A DNA stretch of 64,000 bases from Candidatus Oxydemutator sp. (GCA_965203445.1 OZ241883.1:2208001-2272000), one strand, 5' to 3'; positions 1-12,809 are shown, counted from the first letter of the stretch. A program made the numbers and translations. Notes: a model not told the origin generated them from the letters alone.

Positions 1-28
1 ACCGGTTGATCACAGCCTGGGGTCAGTT

Positions 29-508
29 GTGACCGGCAGTAAAGAGCGTTGTGCCGCCGTCACTTTCAAAAAACGCGGAAGCACGTATCGGGGAACGGTG
101 TTTCTTAGCAATCTCGCCCTGCTCCGCAACGATCCCGCTGAAACGATGCGCGAGGTGACGACCATCTATCGAAAAGCGATGGCGGACGTGCGATGCTGGC
201 AAAGCGACGTCAACGCATTGCGCCAATCCAGGGTACCTTTATCTGCCCGAAAAGCCTGGGAGCTGGGAGACATTCTGCACAGATTGAAGACGGACCTCGC
301 AAAACGCAGATGCCGCCTGGATGGCCTCTACGACCATCTGCAACGGCACATCGGGCTCGCTCCCAGGCGCGCAAGCAGTTTCGTGACCTTTCGCAGGTAC
401 GTGAAGGATCCCGCTTCCATACCTGAAAACCTCAAATGGCACAGCATGGAAAAGACCGCGAAATTGTCCAGCCGGGGCATTGCCGCCAATCCGTCGTCGA
501 GGCAATAG
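29..508 (+). CDS. Hypothetical protein, weak resemblance to the YhcG/DUF1016 N-terminal domain
   Basis: 159-aa ORF with a 'WELGDIL...FRRY...LKWHS' pattern; stop lies 2 nt before the next ATG; start uncertain near the window edge. Confidence 0.5.
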   Translation: MTGSKERCAAVTFKKRGSTYRGTVFLSNLALLRNDPAETMREVTTIYRKAMADVRCWQSDVNALRQSRVPLSARKAWELGDILHRLKTDLAKRRCRLDGLYDHLQRHIGLAPRRASSFVTFRRYVKDPASIPENLKWHSMEKTAKLSSRGIAANPSSRQ

Positions 509-510
509 CG

Positions 511-2076
511 ATGTCGGACGCACTGGGACTACTAATTGACAAGGTGATCCAAAAACTGGCTGACCAACCTTGGCGGCTGAGGGGCACGTCTGCATCCCGC
601 ATCAACAAAGCAATCGAAGCGCTGGCCGGCCAACGAGCCGTGTTCTCGACCATGGACATCGCCACTTATGCCGATTTGGAGCAGGTGGGCGACGCTATAA
701 AAAACGCCGTCCACGCATATTGCGAAAATCGAATCATCGTGTGTTCCGAGCAACAAAACAACGCGGCGTCCCGCCGCCGCTATCTGGGCACCCGCGTAGT
801 CAGGCAATGGTGGATCGGTCTGACGAAGCGATTGGTCGAATTGGGGGACGTGAATTTCCTGACAAAAAACCAACTCGCCGCCACGATGTCTCTCGCGTTC
901 AGAGCTTCTCCGCCGTGGAACACCCCTCCCCAAAACCTGCTGAACATCGGACACCGGTGGGCCATGGTCGCCGCCGGCCACAAACCAGGCACTTTTGTAT
1001 TTCCGTGGGCAATAATCCTGCGTGCCTACCCTCAGGCAAAAGGTTGGTTTCGCTTGAATTTCGCCGACGAGAAACGGCTGTTGCAATTAAGGGAATTATC
1101 CCTTGAGAGCGTGCTGGACAAAGCTCTGGAAACTTTGGACTCGCGGGAAGCCGAGGTGGTCCGCAGCCATTTCGGCATAAACACGGATCGTTCGACGTTG
1201 GATAAGATCGGCAAACAGTACGACGTCACCAGGGAACGCATCCGCCAAATTGAAAAAGAGGCCCTGGCCAAACTGCGTCACCACGTATGGCCCGGGTTTG
1301 CAGCTGATTTTGTCACATCCAAAGGATCATTATTGATTCCTTATCCGCTATCACCGCACTATAAACTGCTTGTCCGCTGCACCGATCTGAATATCACCGA
1401 TCTCCTGGAACTCAAAAAACTCTGTGTCATTGACATCGGACGTGAAACCAATTACCAAGATCTTTCTATCTTTCCCCGTGCCGATGCCGTGCGCATAAAT
1501 GAAATCAGAGAACAACGTCTATACAGACTAGGCACCCGTTCAAGACCGCAAATGTTGTTCGTGGCCCTGCGCTCATTAGGCCGTGCCGCGCATTACGAAG
1601 AAATAGCGCAATGGTGCAATCAGCGATTTCCAGAGAGGCAGTGCTCTATACAAAACTGGCACGTCGCGCTTTCACGCTGCGCAAAAGACGAAACTTCCGG
1701 CATCGTATGGATAGGGGCAAAAGGGAAGTATGGCCTCAAAGAACACGGCTACTCCCGCCCAAAAACGAGTCTGCATGACGCCGTCGCCCGGATCGTCAAG
1801 GACATCTACGCTGAGAAAAAGACCCCGGTGCCGCGTGAGACCGTGGTACGCGAACTGCGCAAGCAACGCAGAGAACTGAACCCGAACAGTGTCGGTATAG
1901 CGCTTAATCTCAACGACAGATTGGAAACCACGCCGAACGGCTATATCCCGAAAGCGGGTATTTCCGAAGCGCCACCCGATATCCCCCGCTCCCGGCGGTA
2001 CGACGTCGCCGCCGGCTTCAGGGCATTTGCCACTGCCGAGAACGGCAACGATCAACCAACCGGAACCGAGAAATAA
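511..2076 (+). CDS. Sigma-70 region-4 HTH protein with C-terminal winged-helix (RNAP-delta/HARE-like) domains
   Basis: LDSREAEVVRSHFG...TLDKIGKQYDVTRERIRQIEKEALAKLRH is sigma region 4; 'HYEEIA...WIGAKGKYGLKEHGY' is wHTH-like; no region 2 seen; ATG 511 chosen as start. Confidence 0.7.
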   Translation: MSDALGLLIDKVIQKLADQPWRLRGTSASRINKAIEALAGQRAVFSTMDIATYADLEQVGDAIKNAVHAYCENRIIVCSEQQNNAASRRRYLGTRVVRQWWIGLTKRLVELGDVNFLTKNQLAATMSLAFRASPPWNTPPQNLLNIGHRWAMVAAGHKPGTFVFPWAIILRAYPQAKGWFRLNFADEKRLLQLRELSLESVLDKALETLDSREAEVVRSHFGINTDRSTLDKIGKQYDVTRERIRQIEKEALAKLRHHVWPGFAADFVTSKGSLLIPYPLSPHYKLLVRCTDLNITDLLELKKLCVIDIGRETNYQDLSIFPRADAVRINEIREQRLYRLGTRSRPQMLFVALRSLGRAAHYEEIAQWCNQRFPERQCSIQNWHVALSRCAKDETSGIVWIGAKGKYGLKEHGYSRPKTSLHDAVARIVKDIYAEKKTPVPRETVVRELRKQRRELNPNSVGIALNLNDRLETTPNGYIPKAGISEAPPDIPRSRRYDVAAGFRAFATAENGNDQPTGTEK

Positions 2077-2286
2077 ATAGCAACCGTGAGCAGAAATCCG
2101 TTTTACCTCCTATCCTTTATTTCTCTCCCGAAGGAGGATGGTGTACAAGGCACTCTTCTCATAGACGGCGGTTGCCACCAGCCGCCGGTTCGGGCATAAT
2201 CGCTGCCCTCTCGGGCGCCCGGGCGCGGCGCGGTTGCCGAGATTCAGACGAACCCAACCACAGCTGAATACAGCAAGGAACCAACT

Positions 2287-3543
2287 ATGCCAGGACGCAA
2301 TTTCCTATTCGTACCGGGTCCGACCAACATTCCCGTCGCGATCCAAAACGCGATGAACATTCCGCAGGAGGACCACCGCCGACCCGATTTTCACAAACTG
2401 ACCAAGCCCCTGATCACCGACGTCAACAAGGTCTTCAAGACCAGGAGCGGGCGTTCGTTTCTGTTTCCGGCGACCGGCACCGCGGGTTGGGAAGTCGCGC
2501 TCGCCAACACGATGTCGCCGGGCGACAAGGTGCTGACGTCGCGTTTCGGCCAGTTCAGCCACCTGTGGTGGGACCTGGCGGTGCGCATCGGCCTCGACGT
2601 CGAGACGATAGACGTGCCGTGGGGCGAGGGCGTGCCGGTCGAGAAGTTCCGCCGCCGCCTCGAGCGCGACAAGAAGCACGAGATCAAGGGCGTGCTGGTG
2701 TGCCACAACGAGACCGCGACCGGCGTTACCAGCGACGTCGCCGGACTGCGCAACGCGATGGACTCGGTCAAGCACCCGGCGATGCTGTTCGTGGACGGCG
2801 TAAGCTCGATTGCCAGCATTGATTTCCGAATGGACGAATGGGGCGTGGACGTCGCCGTCAGCGGCTCGCAAAAAGGCTTCATGCTGCCGGCGGGCATGGC
2901 CATCGTGTGTTTCAGCCGCCGCGCGCTGGCTGCCAGAAAACGCGCCAAATGCGCGCGCTGCTTCTTGGACATTCAGGACCATATCAACGCCAACAAGGAC
3001 GGTTTCTTTCCGTACACGCCGTCCATCCCGCTGCTGCACGGGCTGAAGAAATCGCTCGAAATACTGCTCGTCGAGGAGGGCCTGGAAAACATCTTCAAAC
3101 GCCACCACCGCCTGGCCGAAGGCGTGCGCCGCGCGATTGCGGCGTGGGGTTTGAGGCCGGTGGCGAAGAAGCCGGCGTGGTATTCGGACACGGTCACCGC
3201 GATCCGCGTGCCGGCGCGCTGCGACGCGCGCGACGTCATGGACTACGCCTACCACCGCTACAACGTCTCGTTGGGCGCCGGCCTGTCGGTGCTGGCGGGC
3301 AAGGCGTTTCGCATCGGCCACCTGGGCGATCACAACGAGACCTCGGTGCTGGCGTGCCTGGCCGGAACCGAAATGGCGCTGCGCGACGCCGGGCTGCGCG
3401 TCATCCCGGGCGTCGGCGTCGGCGCCGCTCTCGAGTACTACCGCAAGACCGCGGCGCCGATGAGGGTCAAGCTGACGACCGAGAAGATGACAACCGCGAG
3501 CAAGGGCAAGGGCACCAAAAAAGGCGCCATCGTGCGGCGCTGA
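2287..3543 (+). CDS. sgaA: Serine-glyoxylate aminotransferase (class V PLP)
   Basis: GRNFLFVPGPTN, HNETATGV, DGVSS and GSQKGFMLP motifs. Confidence 0.88.
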   Translation: MPGRNFLFVPGPTNIPVAIQNAMNIPQEDHRRPDFHKLTKPLITDVNKVFKTRSGRSFLFPATGTAGWEVALANTMSPGDKVLTSRFGQFSHLWWDLAVRIGLDVETIDVPWGEGVPVEKFRRRLERDKKHEIKGVLVCHNETATGVTSDVAGLRNAMDSVKHPAMLFVDGVSSIASIDFRMDEWGVDVAVSGSQKGFMLPAGMAIVCFSRRALAARKRAKCARCFLDIQDHINANKDGFFPYTPSIPLLHGLKKSLEILLVEEGLENIFKRHHRLAEGVRRAIAAWGLRPVAKKPAWYSDTVTAIRVPARCDARDVMDYAYHRYNVSLGAGLSVLAGKAFRIGHLGDHNETSVLACLAGTEMALRDAGLRVIPGVGVGAALEYYRKTAAPMRVKLTTEKMTTASKGKGTKKGAIVRR

Positions 3544-3551
3544 GGCGAGCG

Positions 3552-4499
3552 ATGAGCCATACACGCTTTGAGCCTGCGAAGGCGCGCCTGCAACGCAGCG
3601 AACTCGCGGTGCCGGGATCGAACCCGCGCATGATCGAAAAAGCGCTCGCGTGCGCCGCCGACTACGTGTTCCTCGATCTCGAGGACGCGGTCGCGCCCGA
3701 CGACAAGGAGCAGGCGCGCAAGAACGTCATCGAGGCGCTGAACGATCTCGACTGGAAAAACTCCGGCAAGACGGTGTCGGTGCGCATCAACGGCCTCGAC
3801 ACGCATTACATGTACCGCGACGTCGTCGACGTGATCGAGCAGGCCGGCCGCAATCTCGACACGATCCTGGTGCCGAAGGTCGGCGTGCCGGACGACCTCT
3901 ACACCGTGGACGTCCTGGTCACGCAGATCGAGGAGGCCAAAGGCATCGAGCATCGAATCGGCCTGGAAGCGTTGATCGAGACCGCGCTCGGCATGGCCAA
4001 CGTCGAGCGCATCGCGGCCGCGCGCGGCACGCGCCTCGAGGCGTTGCATTTCGGCGTCGCCGATTACGCCGCCAGCAACCGCGCGCGCACCGTCAACATC
4101 GGCGGCTTGAACCCCGACTACCCGGGCGACCAGTGGCACGCCGCGATCACGCGCATGACGGTCGCCTGCCGCGCCTTCGGCCTGCGCCCGATAGACGGGC
4201 CGTTCGGCGACTTCAACGACGCCGACGGCTACACGCTGGCGGCGAAGCGCGGCGCGGCGCTCGGCATCGAGGGCAAGTGGGCGATACACCCGTCGCAGAT
4301 CGCGCTCGCAAACGACGTATTTTCGCCGCCCGCGTCCGAGGTCGAAAAAGCGCGCCGCATCCTCGAGGAACTCGCAAAAGCCGCGCGCGAAGGGCGCGGG
4401 GCGGCGTCGCTCGACGGCAGGATGATAGACGCGGCGTCGGCGCGCATGGCCGAGAACGTCGTCAACATGGCCGCGGCAATCGAGGCGAAACAAGGCTGA
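3552..4499 (+). CDS. mcl: L-malyl-CoA/beta-methylmalyl-CoA lyase
   Basis: RLQRSELAVPGSNP, FLDLEDAVAP, PIDGPFGDF and GKWAIHPSQ; ATG at 3552. Confidence 0.88.
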   Translation: MSHTRFEPAKARLQRSELAVPGSNPRMIEKALACAADYVFLDLEDAVAPDDKEQARKNVIEALNDLDWKNSGKTVSVRINGLDTHYMYRDVVDVIEQAGRNLDTILVPKVGVPDDLYTVDVLVTQIEEAKGIEHRIGLEALIETALGMANVERIAAARGTRLEALHFGVADYAASNRARTVNIGGLNPDYPGDQWHAAITRMTVACRAFGLRPIDGPFGDFNDADGYTLAAKRGAALGIEGKWAIHPSQIALANDVFSPPASEVEKARRILEELAKAAREGRGAASLDGRMIDAASARMAENVVNMAAAIEAKQG

Positions 4500-4562
4500 T
4501 CGAAGCGCGACATTCTCATCCCAGCCCCATTCCAAAGGAAGCAGGGAGAATACGGAGGAACC

Positions 4563-5741
4563 ATGGACATCCACGAATACCAGGCGAAGGAAATCCTGCA
4601 GAAATACGGCGTCAAGACCGCCCCCGGCAAGCTCGCCTACAGCCCGGCGCAGGCGGTCACCTGCTATCGCCAGATCGGCACGCCGACCTGTGTCGTCAAG
4701 GCGCAGATCCATTCCGGCGCGCGCGGCAAGGCCGGCGGCGTCAAGCTGTGTTCGAGCGAGGACGAGGTGCAGAAAGCCACCAACCAGATGATCGGCACGC
4801 GCCTGGTGACGATCCAGACCGGGCCGCAGGGCAAGATCGTCGAGAAGGTCTATATCGAGGCCGGCACCGAGATCGGGCGCGAACTCTACCTGGCCTTCGT
4901 GCTCGACCGCGCCACCGAGCGCATCGTCGCGATCGCCTCGGGCGTCGGCGGCATCGGCATAGAGGAACTCGCCGCCGAACACCCACAGTCCATCGTGCGC
5001 ATCCCGATAGACCCGGCCGTGGATCTGCGGCGTTTTCAGGCGGCCGAGATCGCGTTCGCGCTCGAGATGCCGAAGAACCTGCTGAACGCCGCGATCAATA
5101 CGATCACCGGTTGCTACCGTGCGTTCGTCAAGTCGGACGCGAGCCTGGTCGAGGTCAATCCGCTGGTCATCACCAAGAACCAGGAGCAACTGATCGCGCT
5201 CGACGCCAAGATGATCGTGGACGACAACGCGCTGTTCAAGCACCCGGAGATCTCGGAGATGCGCGACAAGTCGCAGGAGGACGCGCGCGAGACCAGGGCC
5301 TCCGACCACGACCTCAGCTACGTCGGCTTGGACGGCAACATCGGCTGTATGATCAACGGCGCCGGACTTGCGATGGCGACGATGGACATGATCAAGCACG
5401 CCGGTGGCGAACCGGCCAACTTTCTCGACATCGGCGGCGGTGCGTCGCCGGAACGGGTCACCAAGGCGTTCGAGCTGGTGCTCGAGGACAAGAACGTCAA
5501 GGCGATGCTGGTCAACATCTACGCCGGCATCAACCGCTGCGACTGGATCGCCGAGGGCCTGATCAAGGCGGTGCGCGCGATAGACCTGAAGGTGCCGCTG
5601 GTGGTGCGCCTGTCCGGCACCAACGTCGAGGTCGGGCGCGAAATGCTGAAGGAGAGCGGTCTGCCGATACTCTCGGCCGACACCCTGGGCGAGGCCGCGC
5701 ACATGGCCGTCGAGGCCGCCGGCAAAGCCGCGTCCAAATAA
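4563..5741 (+). CDS. mtkA: Malate-CoA ligase (malate thiokinase) beta subunit, SucC-like
   Basis: MDIHEYQAKE, KAQIHSGARGKAGG, AGINRCDWIAEG; adjacent to mcl. Confidence 0.85.
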   Translation: MDIHEYQAKEILQKYGVKTAPGKLAYSPAQAVTCYRQIGTPTCVVKAQIHSGARGKAGGVKLCSSEDEVQKATNQMIGTRLVTIQTGPQGKIVEKVYIEAGTEIGRELYLAFVLDRATERIVAIASGVGGIGIEELAAEHPQSIVRIPIDPAVDLRRFQAAEIAFALEMPKNLLNAAINTITGCYRAFVKSDASLVEVNPLVITKNQEQLIALDAKMIVDDNALFKHPEISEMRDKSQEDARETRASDHDLSYVGLDGNIGCMINGAGLAMATMDMIKHAGGEPANFLDIGGGASPERVTKAFELVLEDKNVKAMLVNIYAGINRCDWIAEGLIKAVRAIDLKVPLVVRLSGTNVEVGREMLKESGLPILSADTLGEAAHMAVEAAGKAASK

Positions 5742-5763
5742 GGTCACACCGGAGAACGACATC

Positions 5764-6651
5764 ATGGCGATACTGTTAGACGAAAAAACCAGGGTCATCG
5801 TGCAGGGTTTCACCGGCAGGATCGGCACCTTCCACGCGCAGGAAATGCTCGAATACGGCACCCGCATCGTCGGCGGCGTCACGCCCGGCAAAGGCGGCAC
5901 CGAGCACCTGGACAAACCGGTGTTCAACACGGTCAAGGAGGCGGTCGCCGAGACCGGCGCCCAGGCCAGCGTGATGTTCGTGCCGGCCGCGGCCGCGGCC
6001 GACTCGATCATGGAGGCCGCCGACGGCGGCATACGCTATTGCGTCGCGATCACCGACGGCATACCGGCGCTTGACATGATGCGCGTCAAGCGCTTCATGC
6101 GCCGCTACCGCCGGGAGAAGAAAATGGTGTTGACCGGCCCCAACTGCGCCGGCACCATCAGCCCCGGCAAGGCCATGTTGGGCATCATGCCGGGCCACAT
6201 CTACAAGGCCGGGCACGTCGGCGTCGTCGCCCGCTCCGGAACCCTCGGCTACGAGGCGGCGTCGCAGATGAAAGCCGCCGGCATCGGCATCTCTACCAGC
6301 GTCGGCATCGGCGGCGACCCGATCAACGGCAGCTCGCACCGCGACGTCCTCGAGATGTTCGAGTGCGACCCCCAGACCCGGGCGGTGATGATGATCGGCG
6401 AGATCGGCGGCCCGCAGGAGGCCGAAGCCGCCGACTACATCCGTCGCTACATGACCAAGCCGGTGGTCGCCTACGTTGCCGGGCTGACCGCGCCCAAGGG
6501 GCGGCGCATGGGGCACGCCGGCGCCATCGTCTCGGGCAAGGGCGAGAGCGCCGCCGAGAAGACCGAAATCCTGAAGGCCGCGGGCGTCGCGATCGCGCCC
6601 AACCCGTCGGAACTGGGCTCGACCATGGCCGAGGTTCTACAGAAACAATAG
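5764..6651 (+). CDS. mtkB: Malate-CoA ligase alpha subunit, SucD-like
   Basis: VQGFTGRIGTFH, GPNCAG, RSGTLGYE, MGHAGA phospho-His motif. Confidence 0.82.
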   Translation: MAILLDEKTRVIVQGFTGRIGTFHAQEMLEYGTRIVGGVTPGKGGTEHLDKPVFNTVKEAVAETGAQASVMFVPAAAAADSIMEAADGGIRYCVAITDGIPALDMMRVKRFMRRYRREKKMVLTGPNCAGTISPGKAMLGIMPGHIYKAGHVGVVARSGTLGYEAASQMKAAGIGISTSVGIGGDPINGSSHRDVLEMFECDPQTRAVMMIGEIGGPQEAEAADYIRRYMTKPVVAYVAGLTAPKGRRMGHAGAIVSGKGESAAEKTEILKAAGVAIAPNPSELGSTMAEVLQKQ

Positions 6652-6661
6652 GAACAACATC

Positions 6662-7642
6662 ATGAGCAAAGCGAAACAGAAAGTAATCGTCACGCGACGC
6701 TGGCCGTCCGTCGTCGAGGATGAGCTACGGCAGATGTGCGACGACGTGCGCCTGAACGAACAAGACCGTCCGCTGTCGCGCGAGCAGCTGCAGGACGCGC
6801 TGCGCGACGCCGATTGCGTGCTGCCGACGGTGACCGACGCGATGGACGCCGAGACCCTCGGCGTCGAAAACCCGCGCTGTCGGTTCCTCGGCAACTTCGG
6901 CGTCGGCTTCAACCACATAGACCTCGAGGCCGCGAAAAAAGCCGGGATGGCCGTCACCAACACGCCGGAAGTACTGACCGACTGCACCGCCGACATCGCG
7001 ATGATCCTGCTGCTGTCGGTGGCGCGGCGCATCGGCGAGGGCGAGCGCCACGTGCGCGCGCGCCAGTGGAGCGGCTGGCGCCCGACCCACATGACCGGCA
7101 CCAAGGTCACCGGCAAGACGCTCGGACTGGTCGGCTTCGGGCGCATCGCGTGCGCGGTCGCGCGCCGCGCGCACTTCGGCTTCGGCATGAAAATCCTGTT
7201 CCACGACCCGTTCGATCCGCCGCCGGAGGTCGTGCGCGAGCTGAGCGCGACCCCGTATCCGTCGCTCGAGGCACTGATCCCCGAAGCCGACTTCCTGTCG
7301 CTGCACTGCCCCGGCGGCGAAAAAACCTACCATCTGATGAACCGCGAACGAATCGCGCTGATGAAACCCGGCGCCTTTCTGATCAACACCGCGCGCGGCG
7401 ACGTCATAGACAACGAAGCGCTGATCGAGGCGCTGAAAGACCGCTCGATAGCGGGCGCCGGTTTAGACGTGTATGAAGGCGAACCGGACCTGAACCCCGG
7501 CTTTCTCGACCTGGAGAACGCGGTGCTGCTGCCGCATCTCGGCAGCGCGTCGCAGGAGACCCGCGTCGCCATGGGCCGCCGCGTGCTGCAAAACCTGCGC
7601 GCCTGGCTGGCGGGCGAGAAACTGCCCGATCAGGTCGCCTGA
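6662..7642 (+). CDS. D-glycerate dehydrogenase / hydroxypyruvate (glyoxylate) reductase
   Basis: D-2-hydroxyacid dehydrogenase motifs GVGFNHID, GFGRIA, INTARG, LLPHLGSA; operon context. Confidence 0.85.
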   Translation: MSKAKQKVIVTRRWPSVVEDELRQMCDDVRLNEQDRPLSREQLQDALRDADCVLPTVTDAMDAETLGVENPRCRFLGNFGVGFNHIDLEAAKKAGMAVTNTPEVLTDCTADIAMILLLSVARRIGEGERHVRARQWSGWRPTHMTGTKVTGKTLGLVGFGRIACAVARRAHFGFGMKILFHDPFDPPPEVVRELSATPYPSLEALIPEADFLSLHCPGGEKTYHLMNRERIALMKPGAFLINTARGDVIDNEALIEALKDRSIAGAGLDVYEGEPDLNPGFLDLENAVLLPHLGSASQETRVAMGRRVLQNLRAWLAGEKLPDQVA

Positions 7643-7770
7643 AACGCCTAGACCGACCCACCCCGGGCCAGCCCCCGCCCCAACGGGGCCCCAGCGGGCG
7701 CGTGGCGGGCAACGTCCCGGAGACGGCCCGCTTTCGCGCCAATGACGGACCAAGGAGGACCGGACGGGGC

Positions 7771-10280
<2,510 letters not shown>

Positions 10281-10335
10281 CGCCCGGTCGTCACTTTGCC
10301 GTGGTCGCCATGCGTCGCGCGGCGTCGCGGCAACG

Positions 10336-10533
10336 TCAATAGCCGCGACCGGCGACGTATATCAGCACGGCGCCGCCGATCAGCGCGACCAAACCCAGCG
10401 CCCTGAGCCGGAAATTGCTGAGCTGCTCCACCATCCTCGCCACGCCGCGCGATTTCTCAGGACTTAAGAACGGCAGCAAACCCTCGAAGATCATCACCAG
10501 ACCGAGGACCACGAACAAGTCCGACCATCTCAT
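10336..10533 (-). CDS. DUF2065/YjeT-family small membrane protein
   Basis: 'GLVMIFEGLLPFLSP...LRALGL'; located between hflC and hisZ. Confidence 0.85.
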   Translation of the reverse strand: MRWSDLFVVLGLVMIFEGLLPFLSPEKSRGVARMVEQLSNFRLRALGLVALIGGAVLIYVAGRGY

Positions 10534-10623
10534 TCGGGACTATCCGTCGCCATGTCGGTAACAAGCGGTGGCAGGCTGCGCGGTTGCGGGGTGAGCGCCG
10601 TAGGACGCGGGGAGCCACCCGAC

Positions 10624-11484
10624 TCAGGGGCTGCCTTGTTTGTCGAAATAATTGAAAAACTCCGAATCGGGTTCGACCACGAGCGTATCGTTGCCGCCGA
10701 AGGCGTCCTCGTAGGCGCCGATGCTGCGCATGAAGGCGTAGAACTCAGGATCCAGGTTATAGGCCTCGGCATAGGTCTTGGCCGAGGTGGCGTCGCCGTC
10801 GCCGCGAATTTTCTCGGCCTCACGGTAGGCGTCGGCGACGATCTCGATGCGCTCGCGGTCGGCCTTGGCGCGGATGCGCTCGGCCTCCTCCATGCCGCGC
10901 GCGCGGAAGTCCCTGGCCACGCGGTTGCGCTCGGCGCGCATGCGCGAATACACCGCGCCGCTGACGTCGTCGGGCAGATCAATGCGGCTTACGCGCACGT
11001 CCACGACCTCGATGCCCAGTTCGCTGGCAAGCGAGTTGGCCTTGACTTGCAGACTCTCCATGATCGCGCTGCGCTCGCCGGAGACGGCCTGCTTGATCGT
11101 GCGCTTGCCGAACTCGTTGCGCAGGCCATCCTTCATGATCTGCGACAGGCGGCTCTGGGCGTTGCGCTCGTCGCCGCGCGTCGCGCGGTAGTACTGCGCC
11201 ACGTTGAGGATGCGCCACTTGGCGAAGAAGTCCACGGTGACGTTCTTCTTCTCGACCGTCAGGAAGCTTTCCGGGCGCGCGTTCAGCGTCAGGATGCGCG
11301 CGTCGAACACGCGCGCGTTGTTGATCAACGGGTATTTGAAATGCAACCCCGGCTTGACGTCGGAACGCACGATCTCGCCCAGGCGGAACAGCAGCGCCTT
11401 CTCGCGCTGATCGACGATATAGGTCGAGAAATAGACGACGACCGCAAGCAGGGCGACGACGGCGCCGGTCACTTTAGCGCCCAT
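10624..11484 (-). CDS. hflC: FtsH protease modulator HflC
   Basis: SPFH domain, RMRAER, DPEFYAFMRS. Confidence 0.95.
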   Translation of the reverse strand: MGAKVTGAVVALLAVVVYFSTYIVDQREKALLFRLGEIVRSDVKPGLHFKYPLINNARVFDARILTLNARPESFLTVEKKNVTVDFFAKWRILNVAQYYRATRGDERNAQSRLSQIMKDGLRNEFGKRTIKQAVSGERSAIMESLQVKANSLASELGIEVVDVRVSRIDLPDDVSGAVYSRMRAERNRVARDFRARGMEEAERIRAKADRERIEIVADAYREAEKIRGDGDATSAKTYAEAYNLDPEFYAFMRSIGAYEDAFGGNDTLVVEPDSEFFNYFDKQGSP

Positions 11485-12643
11485 CGCGTCCCTCTCTCGC
11501 GCCGCGCAACGCGCGACGCGCCTGCGACGTCATCTTTTCGCGCATGGACTGCGCGTCGCCGGACGAGGTGCCGGCGTCACCGGCGGCTTCGGGCACGGGC
11601 GGCACGTTGCCACCACCCTTCATCAGGCGGTCGAGCGGCAGGTAGAATATGTTGTTGCTGCCCTTGACGTCCACCATGACCTTGTTGCTCTTCGACAATA
11701 CCGACTGCATCGCCTGCAGATAGAGGCGCTTGCGCGTGACCTCGGGCGCCTTGCGGTATTCCCCGTAGAGCTTCAGAAAGCGATGCGCCTCGCCCTCGGA
11801 GTTCGCGGTCACGCGCTCGCGGTAGGCGGTCGCCTCCTGCACCATGCGCGCGGCCTCGCCACGCGCCTGCGGGATGATGCCGTTGGAGTAGGCCTCGGCC
11901 TCGTTGATGAAGCGGATCTCGTCCTCGCGCGCCTTGATGGCGTCGGCGAACGCGCCCTGCACCGCCTCCGGCGGCTGCGACTGCTGCAAGTTCACCGTCA
12001 CCACCTCGAGGCCGGAGCGGTACTGGTCCAGCACCTGCTGCATCAGCTGCTTGATGCGCGCGGCGATCTCGGCGCGCCCCTCGCCCAGCACGAAGTCCAT
12101 GCGGCTCTTGCCGACGACCTCGCGCAGCGCGCTCTCCATGACCTGGAACAGGGTGCCGACCGACTGGTCGCGGAAGTCCTCGCCGACGTCCGGCAGGCGC
12201 ACGTTGAACAGATAGTTCGAGGCGTCCTTGACGCGGTACTGCACCGCCAGCTCGACCTCGACGATGTTCTCGTCCTCGGTCAGCATGTGCGACTTGTTGG
12301 TCGCCGAGCGAATACGGTCAACGTCCACTTCCTCGACCGTCTCTATCGGGTACGGAATGTGCCAGTGCGGACCGGGCAGCGTCGTCGCACTGTACGCGCC
12401 GAAGCGCAACTCCACCCCGCGCTGGCCCTCGCTGACGATGTAGATGCCGGAGAACAGCCAGATCACTACGAGCAGCGCGGCTATCAGGCCGAGATTCAGC
12501 GAGCTGATCCTGCCGCCGCCACCCTTGCCGCCGAAGCCGCCACCGAACATCTTGCGAAATATCTCGAACAAATCGGGCGGGCCGCCGCCGGCGCCGGATT
12601 TCCACGGATCGCGTTCGCCGTTTGATGATTGGTTCCAAGGCAT
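11474..12643 (-). CDS. hflK: FtsH protease modulator HflK
   Basis: MPWN...DPW...GPPDL N-terminus, MLTEDENIV, APEVTRKRLYL. Confidence 0.95.
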   Translation of the reverse strand: MPWNQSSNGERDPWKSGAGGGPPDLFEIFRKMFGGGFGGKGGGGRISSLNLGLIAALLVVIWLFSGIYIVSEGQRGVELRFGAYSATTLPGPHWHIPYPIETVEEVDVDRIRSATNKSHMLTEDENIVEVELAVQYRVKDASNYLFNVRLPDVGEDFRDQSVGTLFQVMESALREVVGKSRMDFVLGEGRAEIAARIKQLMQQVLDQYRSGLEVVTVNLQQSQPPEAVQGAFADAIKAREDEIRFINEAEAYSNGIIPQARGEAARMVQEATAYRERVTANSEGEAHRFLKLYGEYRKAPEVTRKRLYLQAMQSVLSKSNKVMVDVKGSNNIFYLPLDRLMKGGGNVPPVPEAAGDAGTSSGDAQSMREKMTSQARRALRGAREGRDGR

Positions 12644-12721
12644 GATGGTCAGTATATTGAAAGTCGCCTGCGGGCGCAAGATTGTATAAGGCCAGAAACA
12701 TACTGGACTCTATTCCGAACG

Positions 12722-12769
12722 GCAAAAGGTGGCCGACGTGCTTTATTTACACGTCGGCTGTCTTTTTGC
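12722..12769. terminator. Probable bidirectional intrinsic terminator
   Basis: Stem GCCGACGTG/CACGTCGGC flanked by an A-run and a T-run, downstream of the DJ-1 gene. Confidence 0.6.
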
Positions 12770-12809
12770 GGCTAGGATATTGTCCGGTATGTTTCTGGCC
12801 CCATACACC

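Noticed and set aside
511-2076. Primary or alternative sigma factor
   Set aside because: Only region 4 is recognisable; region 2 is absent.
4563-6651. Ordinary TCA-cycle sucCD
   Set aside because: The AGINRCDW motif and position between mcl and hpr favour malate thiokinase; no sucAB nearby.
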